This document shows positions 1-10,905 of a DNA stretch of 48,822 bases, piece by piece. Source of the stretch: Octopus bimaculoides. Taxonomy: Eukaryota. The position numbers and the translations under genes are program-made. Below the pieces are notes generated by a model. That model saw nothing but the letters and a program-made list of their open reading frames with translations, was not told the DNA's origin and did not search any database. The stretch spans positions 22,511,235 to 22,560,056 of the forward strand of contig NC_069003.1 of the NCBI RefSeq assembly GCF_001194135.2, given 5' to 3'. Every line of letters begins with the position of its first letter. Positions within the stretch are counted from its first letter, which is position 1.

Positions 1-240
1 AAGTACCAGTTGAAGACAGGGGTTGATGTAATCGACTCATCCCCTCTCCCAAAATTGCTGCCCCTCAAATTTTGAAACCATTATTATTATTATTATTCTT
101 ATTATTATTAAGGTTTCATGCTGGCAGAATTGTTAGCACGCTGGGCAAAATACTAATGAAACACTGGGGTGAATGTAAATGACTAGTGCCCCGCCTGCAA
201 AATTTCAGGCCTCGTGCCTTTAGTAGAAAGGATTATTTGG
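1..240 (+). mobile_element. tRNA-derived SINE fragments (tail at 1-88, internally deleted copy at about 115-240)
   Basis: Head 'ctggcagaattgttagcacgctgggcaaaat' and tail 'ccccgcctgcaaaatttcaggcctcgtgcctttagtagaaaggattatt' match the copies at 10754-10905 and 44815-45030 in this window. Confidence 0.75.
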
Positions 241-339
241 GCTTTACTGAGGCAATGACTAGTGACCGAGACCTTTGGAGATATGCTGTGCTTGAGAAGA
301 CCCGACAAGCCAAGTGAGACCATAGCCCATGTAATTAAG

Positions 340-660
340 AAAAAGTTAGCTAACATGGAGGGCTTGAAGCCATCTGAATATTGGAAAAGAGTTATCTGCA
401 TCATGATTCATGCTGGATAACGAAATGCCGACGTCATCACTTCTGTTTAATGTTCTGCAAACACTGTGAAGGTTATGAGATGTGATATCGAGAGCTGCAA
501 CAGAGACTACAAATCTGTGGCCAGCAGGAAGGGGCACAGTGCACATGCTGACTGCATCTGCATGTTGGGATTCATCTAACAACTGCTGGACAAGGTGATG
601 GAAGATCCAAACAAGGAAATCCAGGCTTTGGCAAGCAAGATGGGTCTTGAACCTGTATTG
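340..660 (+). pseudogene. mariner/maT-like transposase N-terminal (HTH) fragment, degenerate
   Basis: Plus frame reads '...WKRVICIMIHAG*RNADVITSV*CSANTVKVMRCDIESCNRDYKSVASRKGHSAHADCICMLGFI*QLLDKVMEDPNKEIQALASKMGL', which has the layout of a Tc1/mariner N-terminal DNA-binding region; it contains several stops. Confidence 0.55.
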
Positions 661-830
661 AGGCTGTGATAGGAGCTGAGGGTAGCAACTTTAAGGTAAC
701 TGTTACCTCAGTCATAATCTGGTTGATATGTTTGGATGTTTTCAAAAAATGCTTTTATTTTCAGATGATATGTGTTTTCTTTTCCTTTTATGCAAACTGT
801 CAAATTTAGCCCAAACACCCACTCTCTGCA

Positions 831-2339
831 CAGTAGTGAACAAAAAAGAATGATTAATATTTCTTTTGAATTTTGGAAAAGTTAGTAAACATACAAATTT
901 GCAATTGGTTTCGTAAATATGGTTAACCATTAACTAAATTCTGTGTAAGTTTGTACAGTGGTCTTAATAAAAGTTCATAACACCAATACTAGTTTCGTCC
1001 AAGTGAGAGAACAATCAAACCATAAAATGCTTCAATTAACTCAAAACCATAATAATGATTGAAAGAAATGTAAATATGAACTTAATACAGTTTGATGTTT
1101 GTAGACCTTTGTTACAGATCATCTCTGCACATCGATTGCCACAGGACATAAGTTTCCTGCACAAGTCAGGTGTTACTTTCCTCTTCTAATATCTTCCATA
1201 AATTTGTTTTAGTAGGTTTTCAATTGGATTTAAGTCTGGATTTCGTGCTGACCACTTCATTACTTGGATATTTTCACTAAAGAATCCAGTGACACGCTTT
1301 GCAGTATGACAAAGGGAGTTATTTTGCTTGAAAATGCATGGTTGATTCGGAAATGCTCATAATGCTGGGATCACATGCTGTTCAACCAAATTCAAATAGC
1401 TATTAGCATTAATAGTCCCTTTAATCTACACTAGAGGGCCAACTCCCTCAGAAGAAATAATTCCCCACACCATGACACTTCCTCCTCCAAACTTGGTAGA
1501 TTTCTTCAGGCACTTGGATTTTAGCTGATCTCCTGTGAAGTGTCTAACATACAGTCTACCATCAGAACCTACTAAATTGAATTTGCTTTCATCACTAAAA
1601 CGAACTTTTGACCAGTTTTCATCCCTCCGGTTCAAATGAGCTTCTGCAAAAGAAAGTCTTTTGCTGATGGTAGGTTTTGTTGCCGGAGAACAAGTCTTTA
1701 ATCCAAATTCCTTCAGACGATGAGACACTGTAAAACAGCTCACTTCTGTACCATTATTTACTTTTATTTTCTTAGAAATTCCAGCCGCAGTCTCACAAAG
1801 GATCGTTCAATACGTATCGTTTCATGGCTCGATCATCTTGCATGGTGGTTTTGTGTGATCTACCAGTTGCCTTTTTCGGTTCAAAACCTTTAGTTTTTTC
1901 ATAGAGCTTAAGAACATGTGAAACTGCACTCTTAGATCTCCTTATGTCTTGTGCAATAGCCGAGAGAGTCATTCCTGAAACTTTCATCCTGACAATCTCT
2001 TTTTGGAGGTCAGGAGTAACTTTAGTGCGGTGTGCCATGTTCAGCAGCTAGCACAATACTGAGACAGTAGTAACGTTAAACCTGCAAATGCAAACAATGT
2101 TTGAAATTTCCAAAAATTTCTAAAGGAATCTAATCATTCTCTTACTTTGCACATGAGACATATGGACGGAACTAGTGTTAGTGTTATTAACTTTTAAGAC
2201 CATTGTACAAACTTAGATTTTCTAGAGAATTTAGCTAATGGTTAACTGTGTTTATGAAACCAATTACGAATTTGTACGTTCATTAGCTTTTTCAACATTA
2301 AAAAAAATGTAAATCATTCTCTGTTTTTGCTTGTTACTG
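831..2339 (-). mobile_element. Tc1-family DNA transposon with about 145-bp imperfect TIRs and a frameshifted transposase
   Basis: Left TIR 831-973 (cagtagtgaacaaaaaagaatgatt...) matches the reverse complement of about 2190-2339, which is followed by TA. ORFs 2038-1793 (MAHRTKVTPDLQKEIVRMK... HTH) and 1743-1426 (WSKVRFSDESKFNLVGSDGRLYVR...KFGGGSVMVWG), plus a downstream 'NPDLNPIENL' motif, are Tc1 DDE hallmarks. Confidence 0.92.
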
Positions 2340-2364
2340 TATGTATGTGTATATATGTATATAT

Positions 2365-2998
2365 CTCATTTTAACAGATATATTTACCAAAGTTACGTAA
2401 AATTATCTTGAAATACTAAAGAGTAAATTTATTCAATAAAATTGCCATTGGCTTCAGCCATGATCTCCAGATGACTTTGGAACTCTTCTGGATGGTCTCC
2501 TTGTTTAAATTGGTGAATGCTGCCATAATAGTTGCTTTCTGTTCATCTTTAGTGCTACAAGGAGTTTTGTTGGTCTACGCTCGACTGCGCCCCACACATA
2601 ATAATCAAGGGGGTTGCAGTCTGGGGAGTTAGGTGGCCAAATGTTAGGGGTGATGTGGTTGCAGAAATTGTCTGACAACCATGATTGAGTTTTGCTTGTG
2701 TGGCATGGTGCAGAGTCCTGTTGCCAGACACAGGGTCTTCCACCCTCTTGACCCAGGGCAACATTACCTCCTCCAAGCACTTGATGTCGGCCTGTGTTTA
2801 AACTTCTGGCATGAATGGCAAGCAGTACAGCATGTCGTTTCCAAATTTCTGGCAGAGTGAATTGCGTCCTGGTGTTGTTTTTCTCACAGACTGCCCAGCT
2901 GACCCTATTATACTGTGTGGTCAGCAAAATCAAAAATAAACTATGTGCATGTGTGAAATTAAAAATACAAAATGGTGAAAATTTACTCATCATACTCT
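2365..2998 (-). mobile_element. Internally deleted mariner/maT-like element, catalytic C-terminal half
   Basis: ORF 2505-2993 contains 'VWQQDSAPCHTS...WPPNSPDCNPLDYYVWGAVER'. SPDxNPLDY (D rather than E as the third catalytic residue) is typical of mariner/maT DDD transposases. Confidence 0.8.
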
Positions 2999-4154
2999 AT
3001 ATATGTATGTATACATGTAGCAGTAATAGGGATTTGAAGAATCAAACAGTTCTCACACTGATGTCTCTGCCAAATCCATGGCTAACAAGAGCAACTGTGG
3101 CTGAGGTTTGGCTAAACCTTCACATCATTCTGAAAATCTAGGAGATACAATGGTAGAGAGAATGTACATAGATAGAACAGATAAAAGAAGTGAGGTGAAG
3201 AGAGCAGATTTTTATTCCATTTGCTTTCAGCCATTTTATAATGTTATAATAGATGTTACATCAACACTAACATACATATAAAGTGTACATATATATATAT
3301 ATATGTGTGTGTGTGTGCATGTGAGTAGCCATTTATACAAGGGTGCTGAGAAGGGAACTAATAGACTAGTCATTGGAATGATTTGTGGTTGTTGAAAGCA
3401 TCCTCTAGTACAGAGAGTAAGCTCAACCTATTGCACAGGCAACAAATGTACTAAGCATATTGCCATTTATGATTTATCTTAAGGGAGTAATAGCCATAGA
3501 CCGACAAATTCAGTAAAAAGTCAGTAATTAAACACAGTAAGGTTAAAAAAAAAAATGAATTTCAAAGGAAGATATGGATACCAAGATATAGCAGCTATTA
3601 TCCAAAGAAAGGTTGATTGACCATTAATTTAAATGTATAATAGAATAAAATAAAGAATGAAAAGACATGGTCAGTAGAAAGAGAGAGATTTAAAGGGAGA
3701 GTACAAAATCTAGATAACAATGGCCTGTTTGAGAAATGGGACCCACGAGAGGTAGTGGCTGCAGTGTTGCTGGCTAATCTCCATAGCAACATCATGACTG
3801 GTGTGCAGCTGAGCACATCATTTGTTCCCCTCCATCTTCTGCTGCTTTACCTCTTTTTTATTATTTAAAAAAATTTTTCTACCTTTTTTAAAAATTTTTT
3901 TATTTGTATTTAAATGTTGTAATTTAAAATGTGATCTATTATATAAGTGACTGTAGTAGAAATAAAGCTTTTCATGTTTGTAAATAAGGTTTAACAGAAA
4001 GTTTAGAAACAAAGCTTGAGTTGTTGGAATTTCATGCACTGCTGGTCTGGAGTGATGGTAGCATATTTCTAAGTATATTGATATGTTATCAGCATACACA
4101 CACATTCTCATTATATGAATGGTCACGAGCATATTAGCATGCTCATTCATACGC

Positions 4155-4284
4155 AATACCAACCACATGGTTCCAGGTTCAGTCCCACTGCGTGGAACCT
4201 TGGGCAAGTGTCTTCTATTATAGCCTCGGGCCGACCAAAGTTTTGTGAGTGGATTTGGTAGACCGAAACTGAAAGAAGCCCATC

Positions 4285-4332
<48 letters not shown>

Positions 4333-4545
4333 GTATGTGTGTGTGTCTGTGTTTGTCCCCCCACCATCGCTTGACAACTGATGCTGGTGTGTTTAGGTCC
4401 CCGTAACTTAGTGTTTTGGCAAAAAGAGAGCAATATAATAAGTACTAGGCTTACAAAGAATAAGTCCTGGGGTCAATTTTCTCGACTAAAGGCGGTGCTC
4501 CAGCATGGCTGCAGTCAAATGACTGAAACAAGTAAAAGAGAAAGA
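4155..4545 (+). mobile_element. SINE (tRNA-like head with CORE-like 'accttgggcaagtg' motif, internal (TA)n, conserved tail), 5'-truncated
   Basis: Same family as 17340-17760, 18655-18985, 20040-20545, 26810-27105, 33300-33720, 35425-35790, 45035-45310, 47620-47800 and 47890-48055. Tail reads '...ggcggtgctccagcatggctgcagtcaaatgactgaaacaagtaaaagag'. Confidence 0.9.
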
Positions 4546-5536
4546 GAGTATATTCATATACATGTATACATACCCGCTTTCATGTACACAGACACCCACA
4601 TGCACATTGAGATCATTAAATATGATTATAATCCACTTTGGTTAATTAACCAATTGTTAATCTTCTATTCTATCATTATTTTGAAATTAGTGCTATATTA
4701 TATGTGTGTGTATGTGAATATGTGATATATATATTTATGTAAATATGAATATATATGTGTATATCTGTTGTGCATACATATGTGGAGGAAGGGATGAAAG
4801 TGGATGATAGTTTGATGTATGATGCTGGTGGTCGGTGGATTCCTTTGTATGTCTCCTTTAACTGAGGATAAGTCTGCTTTGGTTTTGATGGCTTTAATTA
4901 CAATCTCAGGCTCCAGTATGTCTATAGAAATTTCAGATTATTTGGTATTTTGTGTTTATGTTCAAACATAAACTAAATTAGATAATTGTAATTATATTTT
5001 CCCATTGTATACTTCAATGATTTCTTGTTTTTGTTTGTTAACTGCCTCTTTTAGACCACACTTTCTTCTATACATATGAGCATAGAAATTGAATGCATTA
5101 CTAGCTCAACAAATGTTGGCTATGTCCAAGTTGATGTTACCTGTTAAAAATTTTACCTGATGATAGTGAATTACATAGTATGATGTAATCTCATACAACC
5201 ACATTAAACAAAATTCCACAGAAATGGCTGTCATAAATTTTAAACACCATTTAAAATTACTTTTTATACCTACATCACATCAACAATCCAGTGGTGACTC
5301 AGACCTATGGTTATTAATTGAATTTGATACTTGCATATCTGTGGTATCCTGCCAGTACTTGAAGCCTACAATGTTATTTTATTTCACCGTGAGCACAATG
5401 TCCTTGTACCTAGCTATTTCTGGTGTCCTATATAATGTGCCTTGATTCTTAAGAATCCTCTTAACTAAATCATATATATATATATATGCATGTACACACA
5501 CACACACATATATACATACTTACAGACACACATACA

Positions 5537-5587
<51 letters not shown>

Positions 5588-5591
<4 letters not shown>

Positions 5592-6244
5592 GTGGAGAAT
5601 GGAGCAACAAATACGAGAAGAAGCAGTTCTGTTGGGCTAGTTAGCCTTTGTTTTATATTGTGGAGGTTGAGGTTATGTAGTGAGTCATTGTGAATGTTAT
5701 GTAATAGTCATTTACGTACGTTTCAATCTAGCCAATGGTTTGGCAGATCTCGTCAGAATGTTGAGGAGTATGTTGAGAGTTCGTGGTGCGAGGGATGTAG
5801 TAGAAGTGATTGGTGGGTATATTAATGTATATGGTGGTGTAATAATAGCGATAGGTAAAGCAAGCCTTACGTTTTAGTTGAAGTTGTGTTGGTCTTCCTG
5901 TAAGGGGATGTAAGGTGGGTGCTATTTAAGCTCATTATTCCGGTTTTAATCAAGTGCATCTCCACGTGATTTTATGATTGAGGGATCCGTCGTATATTTA
6001 TAGCACCGGCGGTGTTAGTACAGGGTAGCAACCTTAAATTTAGGTGAAAAGGGGGCTAACTCTGGTCTTATTCGTATCTACTTATAATTAATAATACTTA
6101 GAGGGAAAGTTCTTTTATGCATATTTAGTTTAGCTTAGGAGGTGTAGTGTATTATATATTTAATTATACTTAGAGAATGAGTATTTAGTAGCGTGAAGAC
6201 AGATTAGACTAGATTCATATCTCCTGTTTAATAGGTCGTTTACC
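5588..6244 (-). mobile_element. 5'-truncated Penelope-like element (PLE): GIY-YIG endonuclease C-terminal tail plus 3' region/pseudo-LTR
   Basis: Minus frame 6243-6160 reads VNDLLNRRYESSLICLHATKYSFSKYN*, resembling the 'LLNKRSE...CRH..K' end of PLE endonucleases. It carries a hammerhead motif and is bounded by (TA)n on both sides. Confidence 0.75.
5709..5760 (-). ncRNA. Minimal type I hammerhead ribozyme
   Basis: Minus strand reads CAUU-CUGACGA-GAUCU GCC AAACCAUU GGC U AGAUU-GAAA-C-GUAC-G-U-A-AAUG. It has the CUGANGA and GAAA boxes, stem I CAUU/AAUG, stem II of 5+3 bp, a 2-bp stem III with a palindromic GUAC loop, and a GUA cleavage triplet. Confidence 0.85.
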
Positions 6245-6331
6245 TATATATATATATATATATATATAGGTAAACGACCTATTAAACAGGAGATATGAAT
6301 CTAGTCTAATCTGTCTTCACGCTACTAAATA
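6182..6331. repeat. Perfect 150-nt palindrome (63-nt unique arms around (TA)12)
   Basis: 6182-6244 is the exact reverse complement of 6269-6331, and the (TA)12 centre is self-complementary. Confidence 0.95.
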
Positions 6332-6369
6332 TATATATACATACATACATGAATATATGCATGTATACC

Positions 6370-6530
6370 GTCATTTAAAGTTTGCTTTCCATGCTGGCAT
6401 AGGTTGGACAATTTGACAGGAGTCTGCAAGCTAGAGAGTGGCACCAGGTGCCAATTGGCTTGCTTTCTATGAACGGATGCCCTTCCTAACACTAACCACT
6501 TTACAGAGTGTGCTGGGTGGTAGAGGAAGT
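6370..6530 (+). mobile_element. Dispersed SINE/LINE-tail-like repeat ('tttccatgctggcataggttggac...ggatgcccttcctaacactaaccactttacagagtgtgctggg')
   Basis: Related copies at about 21890-22010 (minus), 28460-28600, 32340-32480, 39340-39500 and 43240-43440. Confidence 0.7.
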
Positions 6531-6944
6531 ATGATGGATGTTGGCTATAAACCACATGAGTAAAGTGAGAGGGAATGGAATGAAGCTAACCTAACCAGAA
6601 CTATTCCTGTGACCCTAAAATGTGACAAGCCAGGGCTTAAAAGAAAAATAGTAGGGGGGTGGGGGTGGACATCAAGGAATTAAAGCCAAAACCGAAAGTT
6701 ATGGAAGAAACTAAAGTTAAAACTCTAAAGTATAAAACTCTTTACTAAATATGTAAGTGTTGAGTGAACATAGAGCCGATAATGACATAGAGTTCATTAA
6801 AATTAAAATAGGCTTAGGATCGCTGGTATAGGACCAAAGGAGAATGGTAGAAATATTAGAAATTCCTGAATTGAAGAGATAAAAATATTGTAGGATATAG
6901 TGAATAAAGTGAAGCTGTTAACTCCTGTGAGAGAACAAAAAAAG

Positions 6945-7490
6945 CAGGCAGAATTCTGGTTTAAACATCCCATATAACTTCTCATAACTTTTTAATTTTT
7001 TAGAATTTTCAGAAAATCTTTTCGCATTTGTGTTCTACAAATGGAAATTCATATGACTAAAAAAAAAAAAATTATAATTTGTTTTTAAAACCCTCCTTCC
7101 CATACCCATAAATCCTGAAATTTCCACACTTTTTCGAATTTTTGTCTTTAAATCGAAGTTTAAAATACGACGGACAGTCCGAATTTTTTGCTTAAATCCC
7201 AGCAATGGACTACACCTGGGTGCATCATCATTCCATTAAATGTGTTTATGGGGAGAAAAATATTGAAAACCATCGATACATGTCAGAGTGGTAAGGAAAT
7301 GAGGGCGGTATCACGCGGTCGTGGGATGTGCTAAAAACAACAGCTAAATCTCCCTTAAATCACATAAATTTTTTTTTGTATAATCGTCTGAATTCTCGTG
7401 TGCAGAACACAAATTCGCAAAAATTTCCTGAAATTCAAAAGAAAAAGTTATGAAGGATTACATAAGGTGTATAAAGCAGAATACTGTCAG
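6945..7490. repeat. Degenerate inverted repeat (fold-back or MITE-like remnant)
   Basis: 6982-7050 (tcataactttt...gaattttcagaaaat...atttgtgttctacaaatggaaattc) aligns with the reverse complement of 7390-7453. Weaker similarity extends outward ('cagaattctggtttaa' versus 'cagtattctgctttat'). Confidence 0.65.
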
Positions 7491-8018
7491 AAAGGCATAT
7501 TGCATAAAGAGTAGCAGAATTCAGGATAAAGTACGGTAAAATGAATTAATAGAGTATTGCTAGCGTTAGATGTATAAATTTTAGAGAGACTTTGAAAGGA
7601 TTATACTTTAGACTAGCCCCTGAGGTACATAGAAAACCCAAAGAGTATGCAAGTATTGAGCCGAAAAACACGCTTGGACAGCACATGTATTTGCTCCCAG
7701 ATAGAGTGTAGTAGGTAAGAAACGAAAAATAGAGTGGAAGAGAAGTAGAAAAGCTATAAGAGATCGGTGTCGAGGTATCAATGATGAAAGTGTACAAGTA
7801 TTTAAGTTAGGGAGTTAAAAATTAAGGGATGAATTGAAAGTGAAAAAAATATAAAGTTTAAAAAGAATTTGAAAAAAAAAAAAAAAAAAAAGTAAAAAAT
7901 AGAAATGATTAATAAATAAATATAAAAATAGTGATACAATAAAATGCTAATTCTTTAAAAATGAACAATAAGAAATGGCAATTTTTTTTCTACGATTTGT
8001 CAACAAAAATAAGAATCA

Positions 8019-9790
8019 CTTCTGTGGCGAGGGAGATGTTATCACCAGGATTCGGAAGATCAAAGTAGCTGCCAGGCTGTAAGGCATTGAGGATGCGGCA
8101 GGTCTCGTGATTCTGCATTTGGAAGGAAACGCGCTAGTACTGTACCTCAAAATGGACGAAGCGGACCAACTGGACGGAAAAATATTGAACGGCACTTAAA
8201 GGAAGCGTGCACGGAAGGTTCGTAAGCTGCGTTTGCCAAACTAGGAAAAGCGAGGTAGATGGGAGACAGGCCCATCGCCAGACTTTGGTACATGGGTGTG
8301 TTGTGGAATGTTCCGGGCAGGCACGAATTTGTAATAATGCTAAAGTGGATCCACTAAAATGGAATAAATCTGAGGGCGCACCATTGAATAGCGAGTGGGG
8401 GTGGGGCATTGCTGTCCAGTGCACCTCCTTAGCGACGAGCATGGTGGGAGAGTACGCGGACGTGTATGCGGCAGAAATTCGAAGGTTGGCCACGATCTCT
8501 GGATTTATGGGGGAAGGCATAGAAAAAGCAGCGTGGCTGACGCTCATGAAGGGTTTCCCCGACGAGATATCTGTGCGGCTGCAACAGCTGCCGGGCAGCG
8601 AGATGTCTATGATTGAATTCATTGCTCAAGCCCGTGTGTTGACGTGAAACGCCGGGCGGAATGCAGTGACGATGGCAGCTGCGGAAGCCTACAACGTCAG
8701 GCGGCGATTGATGAATAATGGCTCGTGTTTTAGGTGTCAGAGTCTGCACATAGCGAGGGATTTCAAGGAGCCGAAGACCGAACCAGTTTGCTACAACTGC
8801 AGCCAGAAAAGAATTAAAGGGAGACTACTTACCTCGGTAGTTTCTTCCTGCAAGCAAGTAGAGGCTCTCGGACAGAAAGTGCTAAAAACCCTCATTGACA
8901 TGGGTTGTACAACGGCCTTATTGACCTCAAAGTTGGCTGAAATATGGAATAGTATGGGTAGTGTAAGGGCAGTTGATGACAGTGAGATTAGATGTAAAGG
9001 TAGCAGTAAAGTGGAGATGTTGGAACAGGGAACAAAAATAAGTCTGCGAGCAAATATGTGGTGATGGCGTTGATGTAGTGATGGACATATACACGATCCA
9101 CCACTTAGGAGGCGTCACGGTTAGTGAAGACAGGATGGTGATGTGAGTTTGCAACAGGAGAGTGGAGAGAGCCCTGGAGAGAGCTATGTTGCATACACCA
9201 TCGTAGATAAGGATTTCCAGGCAGTGTTCGACGGTCAGCGGTGGATACTTGAGTGGCACTGGAAAAGAAAGCCCCTAACGTTGAGGAATAGGGTAAGCTG
9301 TTATCAGCATACCCTGAAAAGAGATGTCAGGAGCAAGTTCCAGGGGTAAGTGGAGAGATGATCGAGGAGGGTACTAATCCCTTGGAAGGTGGAAGTAAAA
9401 AGCGGAGTACTGCTGCTAATGGCAGTGGTGCAGCCAATGAAAGGCAAGGTCAGGTTGGTATTGGACTTTTGAGAGCTGAATGTCCACGCATCGTACCACA
9501 CAGGCGGCGAGCTTACCGACCTTTGCAGGGAAACATTGCGAGAATGAAGACAGAAGACAAAGGCTTCCACAATCGTCAACTTGAAGTCGGCGTATCTGCA
9601 GCTACACATGACTGAGAAATTATGGAAATATCAGCTACTAAAGACATAAGGACCAGACATATAGTTTAACGATGCTGGATTTCGGGCTGAATTGAGCACT
9701 GAAGATCATGGCGACAATCCTCAAGTCTATTGTGGGAAAGGCCACCAATTCTCATATTGACAACACTTAAATCGTACTAGTGAACATAAG
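8019..9790 (+). mobile_element. Ty3/Gypsy LTR retrotransposon internal fragment (gag, zinc knuckles, protease, RT start), degenerate
   Basis: Gag-like 'DVYAAEIRRLATISGF...GFPDEISVRLQQLP', knuckle-like 'CFRCQSLHIARD' and 'CYNC', protease-like 'LIDMGCTTALL', and RT-like 'LDF..LN', 'IVNLKSAYLQL' and 'LDFGL'. Many stops and frameshifts; no LTR pair recognised. Confidence 0.8.
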
Positions 9791-10444
9791 CGTTTAAAAA
9801 AAATGTTGAAAATACACCAATTTTGAAAAATGTGCTCTGGGAAGCGGTCGCTCCCCTTGCTCCTCAATTAGCTCAAATTTTTCTGGTGGTAACGGAGTTC
9901 ATCTAAAAAATAGATAGTGGACATATGTAATGCTTTTTTCAGGGCAATAACAATAATAATTTTGTTTTTATTGTCTGGGTTTTCAAATTTAAAAGAGTTA
10001 AATACCTGTTGCATTTTGGATCCAGTAATGTGGAGACAAGTTGCAGCCAGCACTTTTCCATCTTTTACCATATCTACTGCAGCAAGTCGATAAAAGTCAT
10101 GCTGTTGTTCCTAGACCTTGTAGCTTTCAGCTAAATTTCCTTCGAAGCTCTGTTGTTCTGGTGGATTCAAACTTATCCTGTTCAGACTAATTGTAGTCGC
10201 TTAAAATGTGTCTAGAGTACTTCAGTTTCAAACAGCTTGCATGTGCATTTGATGCGCATATAAACAAAGTTAAAGGGGGAGAATAAATACTCGAACTCTG
10301 TCTATACCTTTTTTTTGTGGCAGGAGGTTAACCTTACTCTGACACCATGTTATGTCATGCTATAATGATATAGATAACTAGATAAAATAAGAGGAGGCTT
10401 TACGTGTGGCTTATTAATCAGGCAGCCATAGTTGAAATATTGAT

Positions 10445-10680
10445 TCACTCTGAATATTTTATTAAAATATGACAAGTTAAACAAAACAATAAGTAACAAG
10501 CAAGCTTAGAACTGAAGGGAAGTAACTCAATGCATTTCAGTGTTCCTTCTTTCGTTAATTCATCTGCTTTTGTGTTTCCAATTATATTTGTGTGTTTAGG
10601 TGTCCAAATAATTGTCACTCGTTTATCATTTTCCAAACCTCTGTAAAAATTAAGAGTTATGGGCACTACCCTTAATTTTT
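10445..10680 (-). pseudogene. Non-LTR retrotransposon RNase H fragment
   Basis: ORF contains 'VTIIWTPKHTNIIGNTKADELTKEG', matching the RNase H 'W.P.H.GI.GNE.AD.LAK.G' motif. Confidence 0.75.
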
Positions 10681-10753
10681 ACAGGGCCTCTGAAACAAAA
10701 AGCAGGACACCCTGAAAGTCGAGATAGTTTGCAATGTTATAAAGGTATATAAG

Positions 10754-10905
10754 GCGGTGGGTTGGCAGAAACATTAGCACGCCGGGCGAAATGCTTAGCG
10801 ATATTTCGTCTGGCTTTGTGGTCTGAGTTCAAATTCCACCGAGGTCGACTTTGCCTTTCATCCTCCCCCAAAATTTCGGGCCTTGTACCTAGAGCAGAAA
10901 AGAAT
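10754..10905 (+). mobile_element. tRNA-derived SINE with internal deletion
   Basis: 'ggcggtgggttggcagaaacattagcacgccgggcgaaatgcttagc...gagttcaaattccaccgaggtcgactttgcctttcatcc'; B-box-like gagttcaaattcc; same family as 44815-45030. Confidence 0.85.

Noticed and set aside
5592-6180. Mitochondrial insertion (NUMT), suggested by the G/T skew
   Set aside because: No rRNA or mitochondrial protein motif was recognised; the GIY-YIG tail and hammerhead explain it as a PLE.
9830-10260. ORF MVKDGKVLAATCLHITGSKMQQ with an apparent donor CAG|GTATTT
   Set aside because: There is an in-frame stop just upstream and no pyrimidine-rich acceptor. The neighbouring frame 'STLLDPK' suggests a decayed hAT-like transposase, but this is too weak to call.
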